The position numbers were made by a program, and so were the translations under genes. A stretch of 64,000 nucleotides of DNA, from the IMG/VR virus record IMGVR_UViG_3300031867_000039; one strand, given 5' to 3'. The DNA comes from an uncultured virus (IMG/VR IMGVR_UViG_3300031867_000039). Lineage: Duplodnaviria > Heunggongvirae > Uroviricota > Caudoviricetes > Schitoviridae. Positions 48,401 to 56,517 of the stretch are shown here, piece by piece; the first letter of the stretch is position 1; each line of letters begins with the position of its first letter. The notes beneath the pieces were generated by a model, which searched no databases, was not told the DNA's origin, and saw only the letters and a list, made by a program, of their open reading frames with translations.

Positions 48401-51048
48401 TACAGTTAAGACAGGTAGTAAATAGATTTAATCCACAGAATAAGATTAATAGATTTATGGCTACTGATTTTGGTTCTAAACTTAAATCATCTAAATTCTT
48501 AGGTGAATTAGTTAGTGAGTTAAATATGGATGATACACCACAATCATTAAAACGTAGTGTATTAAAGAGTATGATTGACCATGTAGCTAAAATCAATAAG
48601 AAACGTCAACAGCAAATAGCTGTAGATACTAAGTACCTTAATGATTCATTTAAATATAAACCAACAACAATAGTATCCAAAGCTATTACAGAAGGTTTAT
48701 TACGTACTGATATTCAGACCTTATATGATGGTACTCAAGCAAGTATGGATTATATAAGAAATGTAATAGGTAATGCTGAATTTAGAAATGCTGAATTAGA
48801 GAGACATAAAGCTATCTTAGCTATGCAGACCCATAATGGTAATAATTTAGGTGCTTTCTTTATTAATTCATGTAATTCATTAGCTAACTTTATGGTTACT
48901 GGTAATTACTTATATGATTTCTGTAATCACTCTAATACATATCAGATAGCTAGATTATGGGGTCATTCAAGTAATCAGGTAATTAAAGATCCAAATGTAA
49001 TTAATCAGTATCAAGGTGCTCTTAATACTTATACTACATTAAAGGCTATTAGCTTATTACCTCAAGAAACACTTGATGTATTACATGAATCTATGGAACA
49101 AGAGTTCTTAGCTGATAATATTAATAATGGATATACTACCCTTATTAAATATCATGAAAATGCACTACGTAAAGGTTTCAGTGAAATTAATGATACTGAA
49201 GCTGTAGCTCAGATGCATAAAGGTTACTTAAAGGATAGATTTAATCCATATTATAGAGTAATTAAGGTATACAATGAGAATGACTATAAAGACCTCTTAA
49301 AGAAAGGTTTTAAAGAGTTCACTCCACCTAATGCTTTAAGTAATCCTGATGGTATCTATAAGAAATATATGTATAACACTATAGCTTCACCTAATACTTA
49401 TGTATCTGGTGCTGTAGCATCTATTGATGTTAAAGCTAGAGGTTATACAGTATTTGCTACAGATCCATCAAATAAGGTAGTGGATTATAATTCTGTTAAA
49501 CGTATTAAAGCTAATCAGTATATTAACAATAAACAAAGAGAAAGAGCTTTATTTGAAACCATTACAGACTATGCATATAAGAATGATAATCCAACATTAA
49601 ATACAGTATTTAATGGATATGGCACTATTATGGATTTACAAGAAAGTTTATCTAAGGATATTAAAGATAATGTACTTGATAGATCTAATGATTTTGCTGA
49701 TGCATTAGCTAGAACCAGTGCTGCATATACAGAAATCCAAGAATCAGCTAAATTGAATGAAGCATTATTTAGAGTATTAATTAATGATGCTAATACTAAT
49801 TTAGGTAATGTTAAAGAAGAAGAAATCATTAGAATAGGACCTAATGAAGATGGTCTTGGATTAAAGGCATATGCTAATTTACCTTTAGTTACTAAGAGGT
49901 TCTTATTTGATAACTACATATCTGAAAGAGGTTCTTTACCTATAAGAAAATCTGTATTTAATCAGGTATTTGGATTTAAAGAAAAGACCTTAGTAACTCT
50001 AATGGATAAAGAAGAAGTATTTAATAAGTTTGATTTACCATTCAAAGGTTTACATTCATTTATTAATACTTTACTTGGTAATAAGGTTGGTATGCACTTT
50101 GGTGGTTATTGGAGATTATTAACAGCATTAGGTAAGGATACTGTAGTTATTAAGAATTTCTTAACTACCTTTGATAATATCCGTTCTAATGTGATGTTAT
50201 TACTTCATAATGGTGTACCATTAGCTGATATCCTTAAATCTCATATAGAAGGTTATAAGTATATTGCTAACTATAAGTATAACTTATCACAGCAAGCTAA
50301 CTTAATTAATGACTTAACCTTTAAGGATTTAACTGATCCAGAAAGAGCAGAGATACAGCGTAAACTTAATATGGTGACTGCAGATTTAGAGTCTAACCCT
50401 ATGTATAACATATTAAAACGTGGTGCATTAACTACTATTGAAGGTGATGAATCTCAGCAAGATTATGCAATACTTGGTAAACGTGTAGGTAAAATGTTAC
50501 AAGATTATCATGATACATTAATTAATAGTAATAACAGTATGGCTGTATTTATGAGAAATGCATTGATGTTACATGGTTCTACATTCTATCAGATAGCTAA
50601 TGATTTTGCTTCAGGTTCAGATGCTATTGCTAAATGGATTATGTATAAGAATGACCCAAGAAGTAATGGTAATGCTATAAGTAAGGAAGAAGCATTCTTA
50701 GATGCTTCAGAATTATTTGTGAACTATGATTTGCCTACTAATGAATGGATTCATTGGGCTAATCAAGTAGGTATTATGAACTTTACTAAGTTTATGTTTA
50801 GAATATGTAGACCTTTAATCAAGTTATTTGGTGAACATCCTGCTAGAGTATTAACATATTTAGCACTTAAAACTACTTTAGGTGCATTAGGTTTCAGGAT
50901 GTTCAGCTTTGATGCATATAATGCTGCAGCATGGAATCCACAAAAGTGGGTCAATAAACTTGGTCAAGGTCTACAAGGTGGTATGGTAAGTTCTTCTATT
51001 ATAGAAGAATTACCTATCGTAAATGTAGCTCATGCTATAACACATTAA
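36427..51048 (+). CDS. Virion-encapsidated single-subunit RNA polymerase (N4 gp50-like), 4873 aa
   Basis: Motif A ETDGITNG, motif B R...K.P....NY.AG, motif C IYDA; HEMDH; C-terminal FVNYD..G...FTKF..RI; synteny. Confidence 0.93.
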   Translation: MTDNYDQSAVTQVPAEVSSNGEQDILNKFRSYDELKATVHDLPFSEFAGRYAPNNYEAASRIYGQVSRQLYEQSRFNESIYDKRIEPQDPDTYAHFDTNTLSGKVLDAVFGDTSKESMNNSFIKSLLVSNAINSTASVSNAYHDFINMFGANSGRYNTTPEEEQERQKTRQLIEDTAKRMPYGVSPETKNAMVEIKVKQDKVKALEDELSKETDPKRQKELEAEINALRLSPEEMELTKDPVFKQVNQLEESINLYNRLSSLSQADSDFWGLNQFKYNNAIEKPESLKDHIFKINKMLADTSGLLAESALVGGAIGKGASLVRGALSRGLGLGSKSIFAGENAASLSGFKLFDPKTWSPATLAIRRGNKVIPAVLKGVKELGVSTAAVLPLSLEEAAENRVDTINNLLNNGLAPGLSTGEERWMLAAALINDVGTAMLPKMPVLPKALRGSATEVAASRIYNNIKTKWPDISAQAFEKAFKSGTSLTKSVRAAIAAESMKVLAEAGKDGITKSGAKAIGNFIGNLTQDSIALGLTTFVQQAIKDFASAGYLRSGDFVENWVDYLSGGDYRRNLQESFEAGLMAIPLAAPSASGRFKKDIDNLSKYSTELKKQAYLNANLWSSDETVEYDKIQDILNKPRVDQETYSNNIKEISEAVSNNDIDSIVNKTGLSREFVSTVLETSTPKDAIVGFTDFLGVTDTKAKKLEEHQAELINQAKEKRDTDSILGKGVRTDSSYTVNNAKRLFKDITKLGSMSNNKAALGELIQTYQQVQNGTMGAKEIGSVLQKYAHLPEVRVLDSMLRRTSNLAFKDADIVANLDRLANKYLKTPTRDNTKLKDSPMDLIFGVDTGKADKFWEFAASGKLSPEDLLKMDAADEAEEQRLESIKNQTNGAEITSKQELIKARRKAYKKLIKWNNDINAVSNNLSEVLKPAKEYAQKNNIPLSELGTVIDKFFNNAKDEKKKGLFNHLTDIFRYYTNNDVGNLLQSLHQLGTFINSQSPEVKGVNYNGKLVDRIAAEHELMKIVTKQFLETNGLIKDIEASAKVNNITGPIILAELEHIKGLYEGVNTTYDQFIKDNAALVSTFTTAATSNSTNNAEERSNTESSDSNNVADDVEINLGEQNKEQEQEQASAQSEPKVQVADDKEETIEDIVNNAESEPTSQQQGQEVQNVEQPVAQEQAPELIEDANNPLSDSTTAAVNAAITINSSTQNFDNVVANNNTSADRGVNTQQQRTNGNTNRNNQELYTEFSNHYFKEEPALLRPSRNDPNKREIPNTVTNLISGLSKTGLRVNFVPVSEDIAKSNDEFYIFKRNPQSDGSEQLSVNWIGLSKLVPFNLIKYTADYIAKKPADEIIKVALPVGIDAIGYNDNNGKHIVNFRIRETTFEIQSPQDYYNAKYYLLNFLQYVYPNISKSRFVNIGDIRPAVLNAVNAMHTDAKEAFIKIVQKSKSSKKKAPTKNPLFQVKASSFGSTLGKLFENKEPQIVTNLTLDKIVNDGSKFAGFLDLTRPVDKTDTDPNSIIKRTDLGPLISFAEKNNMIGNSFANIYAAYMQATGHGNDIDASILSSKDYNSKLQVQVAARNELAAIPYLIAHNYFPTSQIKVKDTNTYSSIWEHPEDKLDKWQSRFKKLFDPFVWVHTHEGAKLFKESLPSGVVVDDFATTVNNLTAFTYGQVTQAYANSVQHTIQPNQNVQQKVNTVNNTVTPTPTTNNSNNTDVQDTPVVEQPTVNNTQEHNLTNSTTDLVNATYSLNQQNIPKVVTELTTNKPKKELKEYQDAVDSNVAIDQRESQDPTQANEPQAISDADMADDGTTIPSAEENTEMQTPESVSLGRVALDKLILPPSANATSEDCVNGLLDDTELGKTNKAVGTLQELYNKSEDKSQIKDVLKRGREGFIKIRQILANSDKETKNIVKGNTVRIKNPEVLLTTNDIVNIAYDVRGVPAENREFVSKNQYLSSILFKDIDSEDKDAKSAIINEFASRLRLRNVNNAEITDNDVYKKLSELKFRVSLKPSKELSQNFANTLDLTEDSFLLNYLGTDGEVDDNKVNSFFNNIENQLTTYIFTNLANEGSSVDIGTLMRYSGLPAEKSNAEHMSAILKKYGPELLSALKDGGLVGPISAFSRKLGKYLYSSLDKSAFPKDFKLNETELELFKMYLGSLGTKILTDSGLLIKADDIQNADNLYKVNVSKKNANGVRYNSAVVNGKIQKVQVDPTELDKVKEFNKLDKKHVFTKYILGNAYAEKHVSYDGSYKVPKYTEHGMEIPRSMRNALNKYMQTGYAIDKSIVGYFTRDLNSLLYLEGDNTLKYNNKELTVRDFFTLWLSDYSTDEAFQDFAHKAMNECKILKRLNVFLNIKDPRNYFETTGFSVVAHNRSVIKELLGLNDSIDAWNSNKAKIQEEIDALTDETKKKYKNQYLLAHHEEILSDDSNYSFAWFPINPGVNYRAFQNGIEINPVASKEFTRYLMYRSPNVLESGFIKNDKVNGGTAQHIIAYSILQNFDQKPEKKIAPKDFQKKAQELLKKIECPALKEIILDYQKNGSFTFTNGDLWADLLKHIEDQKLELEHTIQIFNIVKTIAQFADDKGNIQYGEHTLFVINDKKITNYVLAETDGITNGAAIGLVTTLGLLDPTMTEAVNELITKADWENLNRIGIFKKGSTIESVNQFYFNEDGSKKKNARDMYENLIDKFKLNGITSNNGRPLIHGYDCNNLLRLVFITKYGVFDKDFKAKYKQVYFDAKKGIIDKYPDITNEQLKEFNTYILTGENITLDDKTFRHIYESIFKSVLERNDTKYPFMTFNYAAGVDAITKDLLMNRLIPVALEHLAEALKNSQDTEHTLAKFIEDTLEYCTDNKTLTIHEDIADTLLDPSNRNSNEKFNEFKEKLKKANLYFNKEELKTFRQYANTQFLNEQAREDTKKYLTLSFKNKRYIGIYNEFNKIRNNSIKNGVINITPDKVSAKLIDDLLHLMVPGFTAIMGQPLFDTMMNEFPQVKFINSTATAVFPIMIKTIEDIKRDALQKLFKHYGVTSYKHLPDAAKEAYTKFVNNFDKSYKSPLGGSFPIARKLVQQDLSRGGIGFGGIYSSLSSIDEEVNGAAAMVDGVQSADSSVATYAKLEVGGIFLDIYDANHTNSLRTSEICRAQNAGFSLVTILSKSGILYATRDVFKAFTNMDNYKFSVTDAETGETVDFDLSDEFDKYLATGIAKATLGERIADRNYNNPPSNILRAYAETYSQSTINYDDISKDENITNSINVNIFKNTHSISKLEGITARTVDKITDPTVQAAVEEYTDNPGSFSFVIPEFLDKKHQVFLSMNQYYSALQQILENQDKADLYKGLAENAKERLLTVLANNNITENSANKVIEAIEGYSNNSNDPRYKAIVNGLGRYAGTEAFLFGYEDKDTKKRIRFSDDPLVKEILFNNEDSEEYQAFKIKPYDKWKHGDLFRMSPLPFLEKAISIHEKAIDQLLENDVIVSQYNMGSDGEYVIDKGSNLYNPTDFASIKESLKTVNKPVTFKEDGRLKFKSIAGLDENSFNETLLKYLDNTFKLKKYSKENLDAVLSPKHWISKSVRDMVYDFFKDNGTVQSVNDDYALLRALSQYRKNEQAILENALVHLLRSAYGYVDKGFEYQTRYALKTLDALQSVSGDIAATKDTLMYYFSQVSDLTNKYIRYSLAQGMLVKEDIDSAGSETIDPQTVENVRSTLEISEDNVTSVFDGLGSAESVEMNGHNYRLCSQEHSQYLRGHVRDAAKAIRKFTMIQGTTDAISHGSANQARDREGRVTQRIIKIFKGIVPPSQAGLPYSMQELMAHEMDHLIWWSLDNADPLYQELRTIFYRFRNAYQNHPEAFMLNKGLTPNTAEYRAEYNAAVRRMEYILGIGENASEDPIREFATFALTNESMRSILSQVPGESTESNKPLTNFIRMIGDLFLKVINKIFGKVDNNKYKRTDNLLANVEAIRRVVMERMGSYREITRLNELASTVHHKFDAGDLQLRQVVNRFNPQNKINRFMATDFGSKLKSSKFLGELVSELNMDDTPQSLKRSVLKSMIDHVAKINKKRQQQIAVDTKYLNDSFKYKPTTIVSKAITEGLLRTDIQTLYDGTQASMDYIRNVIGNAEFRNAELERHKAILAMQTHNGNNLGAFFINSCNSLANFMVTGNYLYDFCNHSNTYQIARLWGHSSNQVIKDPNVINQYQGALNTYTTLKAISLLPQETLDVLHESMEQEFLADNINNGYTTLIKYHENALRKGFSEINDTEAVAQMHKGYLKDRFNPYYRVIKVYNENDYKDLLKKGFKEFTPPNALSNPDGIYKKYMYNTIASPNTYVSGAVASIDVKARGYTVFATDPSNKVVDYNSVKRIKANQYINNKQRERALFETITDYAYKNDNPTLNTVFNGYGTIMDLQESLSKDIKDNVLDRSNDFADALARTSAAYTEIQESAKLNEALFRVLINDANTNLGNVKEEEIIRIGPNEDGLGLKAYANLPLVTKRFLFDNYISERGSLPIRKSVFNQVFGFKEKTLVTLMDKEEVFNKFDLPFKGLHSFINTLLGNKVGMHFGGYWRLLTALGKDTVVIKNFLTTFDNIRSNVMLLLHNGVPLADILKSHIEGYKYIANYKYNLSQQANLINDLTFKDLTDPERAEIQRKLNMVTADLESNPMYNILKRGALTTIEGDESQQDYAILGKRVGKMLQDYHDTLINSNNSMAVFMRNALMLHGSTFYQIANDFASGSDAIAKWIMYKNDPRSNGNAISKEEAFLDASELFVNYDLPTNEWIHWANQVGIMNFTKFMFRICRPLIKLFGEHPARVLTYLALKTTLGALGFRMFSFDAYNAAAWNPQKWVNKLGQGLQGGMVSSSIIEELPIVNVAHAITH

Positions 51049-51332
51049 CCTAAGATTTGGTTAACTGATGTAGGTTGTCCAAATATATTCTTAGGTGTGC
51101 TGGTAAGCTCTGTAGTAGGGCTTACTGGTTTAGATTCCTGTTGAGCTGGTTCAGGTGTTTTGTCATTTTTAACTTGTTCTGGTTCAACAGTTTCCTTTTT
51201 AGTATCACCAATAACAATTTCAAATGAATTACTCTTGGTTTCCTTTACCTTTAAATTAATAGATACATTATTTGCTTTAGCAAAATCATTTAACGCTTTT
51301 TCAATATCACTTACTTCAAATACTAATTTCAT
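51045..51332 (-). CDS. Conserved-type N4-like hypothetical protein
   Basis: DIEKAL N-terminus with P/E/T-rich tail; position after SSB. Confidence 0.6.
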   Translation of the reverse strand: MKLVFEVSDIEKALNDFAKANNVSINLKVKETKSNSFEIVIGDTKKETVEPEQVKNDKTPEPAQQESKPVSPTTELTSTPKNIFGQPTSVNQILG

Positions 51333-51364
51333 AATAATTAATTCCTATAAATAAATAAATAAAT

Positions 51365-51389
51365 AAAAAAGCCCTATTTCTAGGGCTTT
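51365..51389 (-). terminator. Intrinsic terminator after SSB
   Basis: Minus strand aaagcccta-gaaa-tagggcttt followed by T run. Confidence 0.85.
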
Positions 51390-51425
51390 GGTTTCTTACA
51401 TACATAGAAGGAGTAATGGCAAAAA

Positions 51426-52142
51426 TTACTGTTTCATCTGAGCAAAAATAGATGTTGTTGGTGCAGTAGGTGCTGCATTAGCAGGTGTACCTGTAGTAGT
51501 TGGTTCAATCCAAGGTACAGTAGGTTCTTTAGTAAGTCTCTGTACATGTTTACCCAAATACTTAGATTTCCAAGTGTGAATAAATTCTGCTGCTGTACCT
51601 TTAACCATCTCTGAATGAGTTCTACCATCTTCAGAGAAGTACTTATCAACCATATTGGTATCCTTAGTAGCAGTAGTCCATACCCAGTCACCACCTTGGT
51701 TCTGTTTACGGTTTACAGTAGCTTTAAGTAAACCAACTTTAATCTTCTTACCAATTAAAGATACAGCTACCTGACGTTTAACCAACTGTTCACCTTGGAA
51801 TGAATTAATCTTAATATCCTTTTCTTCAAATGGAATATCAGCTAATTCAACACCACTAGCTACATAGCAGAATGCATTCATCTTTAAGAAACCAGATAGC
51901 AATTTAGTTGGGTCATTTTTCCATGTATTAGTACCATTAACATTTAATACAGTTTCTTCATCAGTAATGGTAGTACCATTTACATCAAGTTGTACAATCA
52001 ATTTCTGTGATTTACTTGTTGGTTTAGTACTTGGCTGCAAATAAGCACATACAATCTTAGCATCATAAACTGCTGATTCTAATAACTGTCTACCTGCTTT
52101 ATCTTCTTCAACTGCATTTGCACTTTTAACAAAAATACTCAT
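51426..52142 (-). CDS. Single-stranded DNA-binding protein (N4 gp45-like)
   Basis: LES.VYDA.I..AY, N..DK.F, Ala/Pro tail ending SIF; synteny. Confidence 0.8.
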   Translation of the reverse strand: MSIFVKSANAVEEDKAGRQLLESAVYDAKIVCAYLQPSTKPTSKSQKLIVQLDVNGTTITDEETVLNVNGTNTWKNDPTKLLSGFLKMNAFCYVASGVELADIPFEEKDIKINSFQGEQLVKRQVAVSLIGKKIKVGLLKATVNRKQNQGGDWVWTTATKDTNMVDKYFSEDGRTHSEMVKGTAAEFIHTWKSKYLGKHVQRLTKEPTVPWIEPTTTGTPANAAPTAPTTSIFAQMKQ

Positions 52143-52160
52143 AATTAATTAATGTCCTCT

Positions 52161-52874
52161 TTATTTCTTGTAAAATTCTTCTAACTTATTAAATACATAC
52201 TGTGCGTTATTATCAATATAAACTTCACTTATATCGAATAAACCATCAGGTGATTTAATACTCTCTTTGGTAGAGTCTTTAGTAAGCATTGTCTGGAAGA
52301 CGTGTTTACATCCTTTAAACTCATCTGTAGGTGTTACCTTTAAGTAGTTATTAGTAGGTAACTTACTTAAATCTACCACCTTGGTATAAAGAACAGTAGT
52401 AAAGTAACTCTCTACACCGTTATTTTTACCTATAGCTCCTTTAACACTTACTTTGGTTTCTGAAACCATATCCTGTTCATTGTAGGTTGTCCCTACATGA
52501 GCTAATACAATAACATTTTTAGTACATTTATTCAAATAGTCTAAACATAATGTTCTAATAAATTCACCATAACTAGCCCAACCTTTCATGGTATTTTGTG
52601 CAGTATTAACTCTCTTAGATTCAAACATATCCATAAGGAATGTTAATGAGTCAATAACTACAGTATGAATTTGAGGCATAGTCTCTACCCCTGCTAAAGC
52701 CTCAAACACTTGTTCTGGTTCAGTTACAGTTAACTCCATAAATTTTGCATTAAACGGTAAAGGTTTACCTTCACAATTAAGATACAAAACACCTTCAGGA
52801 TTATCCAAATACTTTAAGCATGTGGATTTACCTGTACCTGATTTACCACAAATTAATACACTTTTCTCTTTCAT
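52161..52874 (-). CDS. AAA-family ATPase (N4 gp44/Sak4-like)
   Basis: GKSGTGKS Walker A, VVIDSLTFLMD, LAH. Confidence 0.88.
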   Translation of the reverse strand: MKEKSVLICGKSGTGKSTCLKYLDNPEGVLYLNCEGKPLPFNAKFMELTVTEPEQVFEALAGVETMPQIHTVVIDSLTFLMDMFESKRVNTAQNTMKGWASYGEFIRTLCLDYLNKCTKNVIVLAHVGTTYNEQDMVSETKVSVKGAIGKNNGVESYFTTVLYTKVVDLSKLPTNNYLKVTPTDEFKGCKHVFQTMLTKDSTKESIKSPDGLFDISEVYIDNNAQYVFNKLEEFYKK

Positions 52875-52882
52875 TTATTTAC

Positions 52883-55045
52883 CTATACAATAGACTTCAT
52901 AATAGTATTATCAATTTCAGACTCTTTTAATGGTGACTCTATTTTAGAGTTTAGATCTTTAACTCTGGTTTCAATCTCAATGAGTTCTTTACCCATATCC
53001 TTTAGAACCAAAGCATACCTATGCAATAGACTATTTCTACTTCCCTCTTTCATGTTAGATATGAACCAACGTTCAAGATTACCTAAATTCTTATCACTTA
53101 ACTTGTTATAAGCATCATTAAATTTAATATTTTTAACTGTCTTAGGTATCATAGGTCTTGGATCAAACAATACACCATCATTATAAAAGAATAGTCCATT
53201 ATTCCCTTTCCAAGCTCTACATCTATCATGAGTTACTTCATCAAGTTCAAATGGTAACCATTTAAAGACATTCTTCATAAATTCCTGATACTCATCTTTT
53301 CCCATAGACAGAGTATATTTCATTGGAAGAACAATCCTAAAACGATCACCATTACCCTCTATTTGATGCCTTTTAGTTGTATGTATAAAATACGTAAACT
53401 CACTCAAGAGCTTACGTACTACATCTAATTGCACATTATGGTCGCAGTCTAATACCAGCAGATTGAACTGTTCTTGGACATGCGCTTCATCCCTGTAACC
53501 ATGCGTGTTGATGTTCTCACTAGTGATGAAATCGCTGAGATGATGGTTACACCAATAGTAAGCACTCTGGCAACAGAGTTGATCAAGTTTATTAAAAGGT
53601 GCATATTCGTTCAAATACCCCTGAGTTATGTTAGTACTATACGATAGTATAACTTCATTAAGATTAGTCTCAGGTAAGCAGACTGCAGATAAAAACTCTA
53701 CTCCATCATCAATAGAATATCGTTTTATCGCTATATTATTATCATAACCCCAAGCAGAAGCTAATGCTAACAAATCATTCTGTTTCTGTTTAGCTTGTGG
53801 ATAATAAGGAAGTTCACTCAAATCAGCGTGTGTTAATGGTTTCTTTGCATTAGCAATATACTTAGCTAATTTAACATATGGTTTATCCCTCTTTAAGAGT
53901 TGTGCAAAGCACTCACCACTGTCTTCAGCTAATTGTATTGCTGCAAGTATATGGTCTTTTGTAACTTCAGTTGAACCATCAACAAAAGCATAAGCTCCTG
54001 CAAGTTTTAATACTTTATAATACCTATGCTCTAACTCGTTTCTTTGGTTTTCTTCGTTATTATTGAACTTTTTAGCTACCTCTTGACAATAGCTCCTATA
54101 CTCAATTAATAATAATGTATTCTCCTTACTTAAACTAAGATCTTTATTTCTGTTAGTACTATCAGCCAATTTACCAAAATCATTACTAATATCTTCTATG
54201 TCTTTTGTAACGGTTGAATTAGTAACTCTTTCGTAAATTTCCTCTGGTGTTAGAGCAAGACTAGTTTTATCTCCAGTAGCAAAGAAACTTCTTCTAGCAT
54301 ATCCAGTCCTTAGATATTCAAGAATTAGCTTTTCATTCAATGCACCATCGAATAATCTTCCTGGTTCACCAAACAACAACATATTACAAGGAACAGGATC
54401 ATCCCTTTCCTCTGCTCTTTGATTTTCTGCTGTATTCTTTGTTATTTTCTGTTTCAGTCTACCTTTATCAAAGATAACCAAACCATCAATAAGTAATTCA
54501 TCTAAATTTGTAATTACAGAACCAAGTTCATCACATATAAATGATAATGCACCTATACCTGCCATCTGAGCTTTAGTACGTACCTGTTTAAATGCAGCAC
54601 TAGTACCACTATCAAAACTATATGGCATAGCTCCATAACTTCTAAATTCTTTAAGTAATTCCCTTAATGCCTCTTCTCTTACAATACCTGTATCCAAAGA
54701 GATTTGATTAGCACATTCAGTCATAGTTATATTAGCTACTTCATTAAAAGTTATTTTAAACTTTCTAATAAACTTATCTAATATATTCTCTTCAAGAAAT
54801 CCTGTTGCTAATCCTTTACCTGCACCTGATTGCATGAAACACATGCAATACATATTTACAGGTGTTCTACCACCATAGAAATCACTTAATATATTACATC
54901 TCATATTAGATGCCATCTGAGAAAAGTAAAACCCTATAAGTGTTCTAAAATAAGTTTTAGCATTATTATTTAAGGTTTTACTTTCAAGTACATTAAGTAA
55001 TTTCTCTGTAAGTGGATGATAAGGAAACTTTTGATTAAAATCCAT
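52883..55045 (-). CDS. DNA primase (N4 gp43-like)
   Basis: SGAGKG, DELGS, GYARRSFF, LVLDCD, TTKRH, RFRIVLP, EGSRN PriCT-like C-terminus. Confidence 0.88.
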   Translation of the reverse strand: MDFNQKFPYHPLTEKLLNVLESKTLNNNAKTYFRTLIGFYFSQMASNMRCNILSDFYGGRTPVNMYCMCFMQSGAGKGLATGFLEENILDKFIRKFKITFNEVANITMTECANQISLDTGIVREEALRELLKEFRSYGAMPYSFDSGTSAAFKQVRTKAQMAGIGALSFICDELGSVITNLDELLIDGLVIFDKGRLKQKITKNTAENQRAEERDDPVPCNMLLFGEPGRLFDGALNEKLILEYLRTGYARRSFFATGDKTSLALTPEEIYERVTNSTVTKDIEDISNDFGKLADSTNRNKDLSLSKENTLLLIEYRSYCQEVAKKFNNNEENQRNELEHRYYKVLKLAGAYAFVDGSTEVTKDHILAAIQLAEDSGECFAQLLKRDKPYVKLAKYIANAKKPLTHADLSELPYYPQAKQKQNDLLALASAWGYDNNIAIKRYSIDDGVEFLSAVCLPETNLNEVILSYSTNITQGYLNEYAPFNKLDQLCCQSAYYWCNHHLSDFITSENINTHGYRDEAHVQEQFNLLVLDCDHNVQLDVVRKLLSEFTYFIHTTKRHQIEGNGDRFRIVLPMKYTLSMGKDEYQEFMKNVFKWLPFELDEVTHDRCRAWKGNNGLFFYNDGVLFDPRPMIPKTVKNIKFNDAYNKLSDKNLGNLERWFISNMKEGSRNSLLHRYALVLKDMGKELIEIETRVKDLNSKIESPLKESEIDNTIMKSIV

Positions 55046-55981
55046 TTAAACCCCCATCATTGATTTATACTGAGAACATAAATCTCTACCTTTACAAAAT
55101 CTGCAAGCTACTGGTTCACCTTTACGTTCTTTAACAATACCTTTACCACGTTCATTAAGGCATTTATAAGCCTCTACAGAAGTATCAAATACTTTAGTAG
55201 CTCTCTTACTGTCTGGATTTGCATAATAAGCAAATGTACTTGGTTTAAACTGTAATTCCTCTGCAGTACAGAATGGAATATCTTTCTCATCAGAGTCATA
55301 GTACTTATTTAATCTTGTTATCTTATCCAAAACATAAGTAGTTACATATGTCTGAGAATGTAAATCTATCTTCTGTTCAAGTACTTTAGCTTTAGGATAT
55401 CCTGGTGTATTTACCTTACTTTCTTGCCAGTTCTTGAAGATAAAGTTAATAGCTATTGTATCTTCTGTAATAAGTGGTGAAAGCCACCTATAAATACTTC
55501 CTTGCATACGATAGTCATTAGTCTTACAACCAGTTTCATAAGTATATGTACCAGTAGTTTTGAAATCAATAAGCTGTCCATTAAATACCATATCAAACTG
55601 ACCTGTTACAGTCCAGTCTAATACTTTCTTCTCTATACGTTGTTCAAGATATACAGGTATATCACCATCATGTACTTCTGTTGGATTAATCTTAATAGCA
55701 TTAATAGTCTTATCTGAATAACCTAATACTTTAAGATTTTCCTTATAGTTATTAGTCCATGCATGTTCTATAGCAGAATGAATAGCAGTACCTACTGCTG
55801 CATCTATCCTATCTATTACATCTTCTTCACTATTTGTAGATGCTCTTCTACTTAATAATATCTGTCTTACAGACTTTAATAAGGTAGTAGCTGATATAGA
55901 TTTATCTTCATTACTACCTGTATATTCATTATTTACAGCCCATACACTTAATGCTACGGGTACTTCATACTGATTTAACAT
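55046..55981 (-). CDS. PD-(D/E)XK exonuclease (N4 gp42-like)
   Basis: GTAIH, TGQFD..LIDFKT, QGSIY, C-terminal CxxC..C cluster. Confidence 0.88.
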   Translation of the reverse strand: MLNQYEVPVALSVWAVNNEYTGSNEDKSISATTLLKSVRQILLSRRASTNSEEDVIDRIDAAVGTAIHSAIEHAWTNNYKENLKVLGYSDKTINAIKINPTEVHDGDIPVYLEQRIEKKVLDWTVTGQFDMVFNGQLIDFKTTGTYTYETGCKTNDYRMQGSIYRWLSPLITEDTIAINFIFKNWQESKVNTPGYPKAKVLEQKIDLHSQTYVTTYVLDKITRLNKYYDSDEKDIPFCTAEELQFKPSTFAYYANPDSKRATKVFDTSVEAYKCLNERGKGIVKERKGEPVACRFCKGRDLCSQYKSMMGV

Positions 55982-55997
55982 TTAAACCCCAAAGAAT

Positions 55998-56028
55998 AAA
56001 AAAGAGAGATTATAGTATCTCCCTTTTT
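55998..56028 (-). terminator. Intrinsic (possibly bidirectional) terminator
   Basis: Minus strand aaaaagggagat-actata-atctctc-tttttt. Confidence 0.7.
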
Positions 56029-56047
56029 ATAAAAAATTTAAACTGTT

Positions 56048-56485
56048 TTATTTATTAGTTAATGTTTTTTGTTTTTCCCAACTACCTTGACTTGATCCAA
56101 GCCAAAATGCCACTGCAGTGCTGAAAGCACCACTAACAGTACCTGCAATCATTATTAATACCTGTCCATAAGCCTCAGATGGTGGAATAAGAAATAAAGC
56201 TAAGAACATACCACATACCATTAGAGCCAAGACAAAGGTTAATGCACTAGGCATCCAATGACCTGTCATTTTGGTTTTAGTTATAGCTTTAAAATCAAGT
56301 AAACTGGATTCTAGTTTATATAACTGAGCCATATTAGTATCATCTGATAATACTTCTAATACTTGTTCTTCATCAGTTATATCTACTTTTAAGATACTTT
56401 CTAATAGTTTCTTACCACTAGCAGTATCTAATAAAGAAGCTACATTAGGTGTAGCTTCTAATTTAGTTTTAATACTGTTACACAT
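56048..56485 (-). CDS. Putative holin / two-TM membrane protein
   Basis: Two C-terminal TM segments ending FWLGSSQGS, a pattern common in phage holin-like proteins; AGGAG RBS. Confidence 0.55.
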   Translation of the reverse strand: MCNSIKTKLEATPNVASLLDTASGKKLLESILKVDITDEEQVLEVLSDDTNMAQLYKLESSLLDFKAITKTKMTGHWMPSALTFVLALMVCGMFLALFLIPPSEAYGQVLIMIAGTVSGAFSTAVAFWLGSSQGSWEKQKTLTNK

Positions 56486-56517
56486 ATAATCTCCTTATTG
56501 GTAACAGTACTATAAAG

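Noticed and set aside
51434..51694. Nested alternate-frame ORF in SSB (also 6824-7009, 8274-8477, 25467-25655)
   Set aside because: Leu/Gln/Met-rich frame-shift shadows of T/A-ending codons; unlike the o-spanin they have no lipobox or clear RBS
55046..55981. Cas4 / CRISPR system
   Set aside because: This is the standard N4-like replication exonuclease; no repeat-spacer array or other cas genes were seen
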